Shown here piece by piece: positions 61,966 through 64,000 of a DNA stretch of 64,000 nt. The stretch comes from Cyanophora paradoxa CCMP329. Taxonomy: Eukaryota; Plantae; Glaucophyta. The DNA lies in NCBI GenBank assembly GCA_004431415.1, contig QPMI01000142.1:52335-116334 (forward strand). Reading direction: 5' to 3'. The translations under genes and the position numbers were made by a program. A model generated the notes under the pieces. It was not told where the DNA came from, searched no databases, and was given only the letters and a program-made list of their open reading frames with translations. How positions within the stretch are numbered: position 1 is the stretch's first letter; each line of letters starts with the position of its first letter.

Positions 61966-64000
61966 TTGTGCGAGGAGAACGGGTGTGGCCAGGTGGGCCC
62001 CAGACCGGGGGTTGGGGTCGATGAGGGAGAGGGGGGCCGCTTTAAGGGCAGCCAGGCGAGATTTTATGCCGTCGAGGAGGGGAAGTACTCGGCGATCATA
62101 CCTGGGGCCGTCAGGGTCGATGGCAGCTGAGTAGGGATGGCTCGGCGTCCATAGCGTTCGAATAAAACAGGAAGGGCGCCGGTTTGGTCGCGGAAAGGGA
62201 ACGTGGGTGGGGGGCCAGGCGGGGCGGGGGTGGGGTGGCAGTGCGGGCAGGACAGGGCGGGTCCCCGTGCCCATTGTTCTGCGATCAGGGAGGAAATAGG
62301 GATGCCCCACATGCCAGGGTCGCAACGGTGGTACGCGACCAGAGGGGTGCCAGCCTCGGTCTGGGAGGTGGGGGCGAGTGTAAGATCCTCGTCCCAAAAC
62401 CAGGCGGGGAGAGGCGTGTCACGGTCGGCGGGGACAGCGGGTTTGCAGAGGGAAGTGGGGTAGAAATGCCAGGTGGGGCCGGAACCCCTAGGATGGGCTA
62501 AGTAATAGTCGAGGGCGAGTTTCCTTGTAGGCCCGGGATCAGGGTAGTCAACATCAGGGGCGTCCTCGGGGAGTGGTTGAAGGAAGATTGGGTTGGGAGG
62601 GGAGCAGCACTGGAAGGAGATGCTGTGAGTGATGTCTCTGCGTCCTAAGGCTTCAAGGAAAGCGGAGTAGGCGCGGAGGATGTCGCAGTCCGAGACAATA
62701 GTCAGGTGTTCGTCGGAAGGAAAAAGAGTATGATTTTTGGGGAGTCGGATGCAGCGGTTCCAGATGACGGTGTCCTCCGCCGTGAAGGCGCGTTCAAGTC
62801 TGGCGGACGCGAGGGGGACGAGGTCAAGGACCAGGTGGGTGTTGGTAGTCTCGGAGGCATCTACATAGTCAACGAGGTCCGCTTGGCATCGGAGGAAATT
62901 GTAGTCGGTGGGGCTGTCAGCTAGAATATATGTGCGGATGTGCCGGCGAGGCGGGAAGAGGGACGAGAATAGTGACGGGGGGAGGGGTGGGGAGGAGTCG
63001 TCCGAAAAAAGGAGTCGGGCATCGGGGATGTCCATTCCACCAATATAGTGGTAGGGGGCCGATGCAGAGAACGTCTGCGGGGCGGTAGGTAGGGGGGCAG
63101 CTGGTCCGCTGAGGGGGACACGGGGTCGGCGGGGGGAAGAGGGGGCCGGGCGGCGGGTCGTCGTTGGTGTCGGAGCCGTTGCAGGTGGCCGCGGGATGGT
63201 CTTTGGTTGGTGAGAGGGGACCCACTGAAGCGTGACTTGGAAGTTCGGTCTTGGGCGATACGAATGGCGTATTGCGTTCGAGCGTTGAGGAGAAGGGCCC
63301 GTCTTCTCGGCGGAGCAGGGTGCGGAAGTTAGGGATGGGAAAAGATGAAGGGTCTTGAAAGGCGAAGGCTGTCAGGGCTCGGATAGTGTCTGACTGTCCG
63401 TGATAATTTGCCCGCCCGTGGGCCCGAAATACGTGAATGCTGCGGAGATTGTGCCTGCTAGCTCTCCCAGGTTCACGTTGTGTTGGACGCCGGGGAGGCG
63501 TGGGCGAACTCGATTTTGTCAGGCAGGTCGGGATTATTTTCGAGGGTGCAAGGCCGGCGTAAGTGGTTCGGACGGAGGCGGAGCCCTGTTTTTGTGTGCT
63601 GGCGCCGTGTAGATTACCCGGGGAGTAGGTCCGGAGGGAAGGGCGGGGAGTTTAGTGCGCGGAGTGTAGGGCAGAGCTCTGCGAAAAGGGCTCGGGAGGT
63701 AATGAAAAGGAAGTCGAGCCCGGCCGGGGATTCATAGAAGTCGCGGTCGGCTTGTGATGCGGGGTCATAAGGCGTGGGCGTCTCTCGAGGCAACATTGGT
63801 AGCCTGGGCCTCCGCTCGGAAAGAGTCCCACCAGTCAGTTTCCCGGAGCCAGAGTCGATGAAGCCAATGTGTGTGATTTCGCGGGGGAGGTTGGGAGGGG
63901 GGAGTTCGGGGTCATATTGAGCAGGAGGGGTAGCTGAGGAGGGTCAAGGCGGGCTTTTTTAGCTGCTCGTGTGGGTTGAGCACGGGAGGGCTGCTGTCCT

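Larger units (their letters stand above)
56855..64000 (-). mobile_element. element A: 3' part of an L1-like non-LTR retrotransposon; RT and 5' end expected beyond the window
   Basis: T12 tail at 56855-56866. Frameshifted ORF2-like protein: RNase H motifs VIYT(D)AS, NLGELAG, IITDSQ, QWVPSH ... NDAVDKLAK; two Ulp1-like domains; CPFC...EDFIHIFTC zinc knuckle; L1-type IWRDR motif; C2H2-like finger CTCGTRF...LQAH. Confidence 0.85.

Noticed and set aside
56842-64000. Restriction-like endonuclease (Dualen/NeSL-type) or introns in element A
   Set aside because: No PD-(D/E)xK motif seen after the zinc knuckle; the frame breaks I traced are 1-nt indels, mostly in C-runs, not splice junctions.

Overview
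GC-rich, intron-dense eukaryotic DNA from a flagellated protist or alga. Most introns are 50-100 nt with GTGCGC-type donors, CTGAC/CTAAC branch points, YAG acceptors and frequent GC-AG pairs. The style resembles glaucophyte-type genomes, which is inference only. Left half: the 3' part of a gene with a ricin-B/beta-trefoil-like domain, a TPR-like gene, and a complete ~30-intron inner-arm axonemal dynein heavy chain (9024-25332, minus) that begins with CCDC81-like HU domains. Right half: a ~1.75-kb duplication, a young non-autonomous LTR element (343-bp LTRs, tRNA-Pro-type PBS, 4-bp TSD), and a propeller/coiled-coil gene built from 14 tandem exon-intron cassettes, each adding 35 aa (5 heptads) through a GC-AG intron. 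There are also four poly(A)-tailed non-LTR insertions, three with visible TSDs. The most novel signal is a possible multipartite LINE system. Element A (56855->64000) is L1-like, with an RNase H split by a ~1200-aa insert carrying two Ulp1/C48 protease domains. Element B (51496-54246) is a full-length, RT-less, ORF1-only retroposon that still has three sense-strand spliceosomal introns. A, B and a truncated A copy share a ~250-nt 3'-terminal RNA module with compensatory base changes. Element C (34424-36890) shares B's 5' hairpin. Many frameshifts sit in C/G runs and may be sequencing errors.
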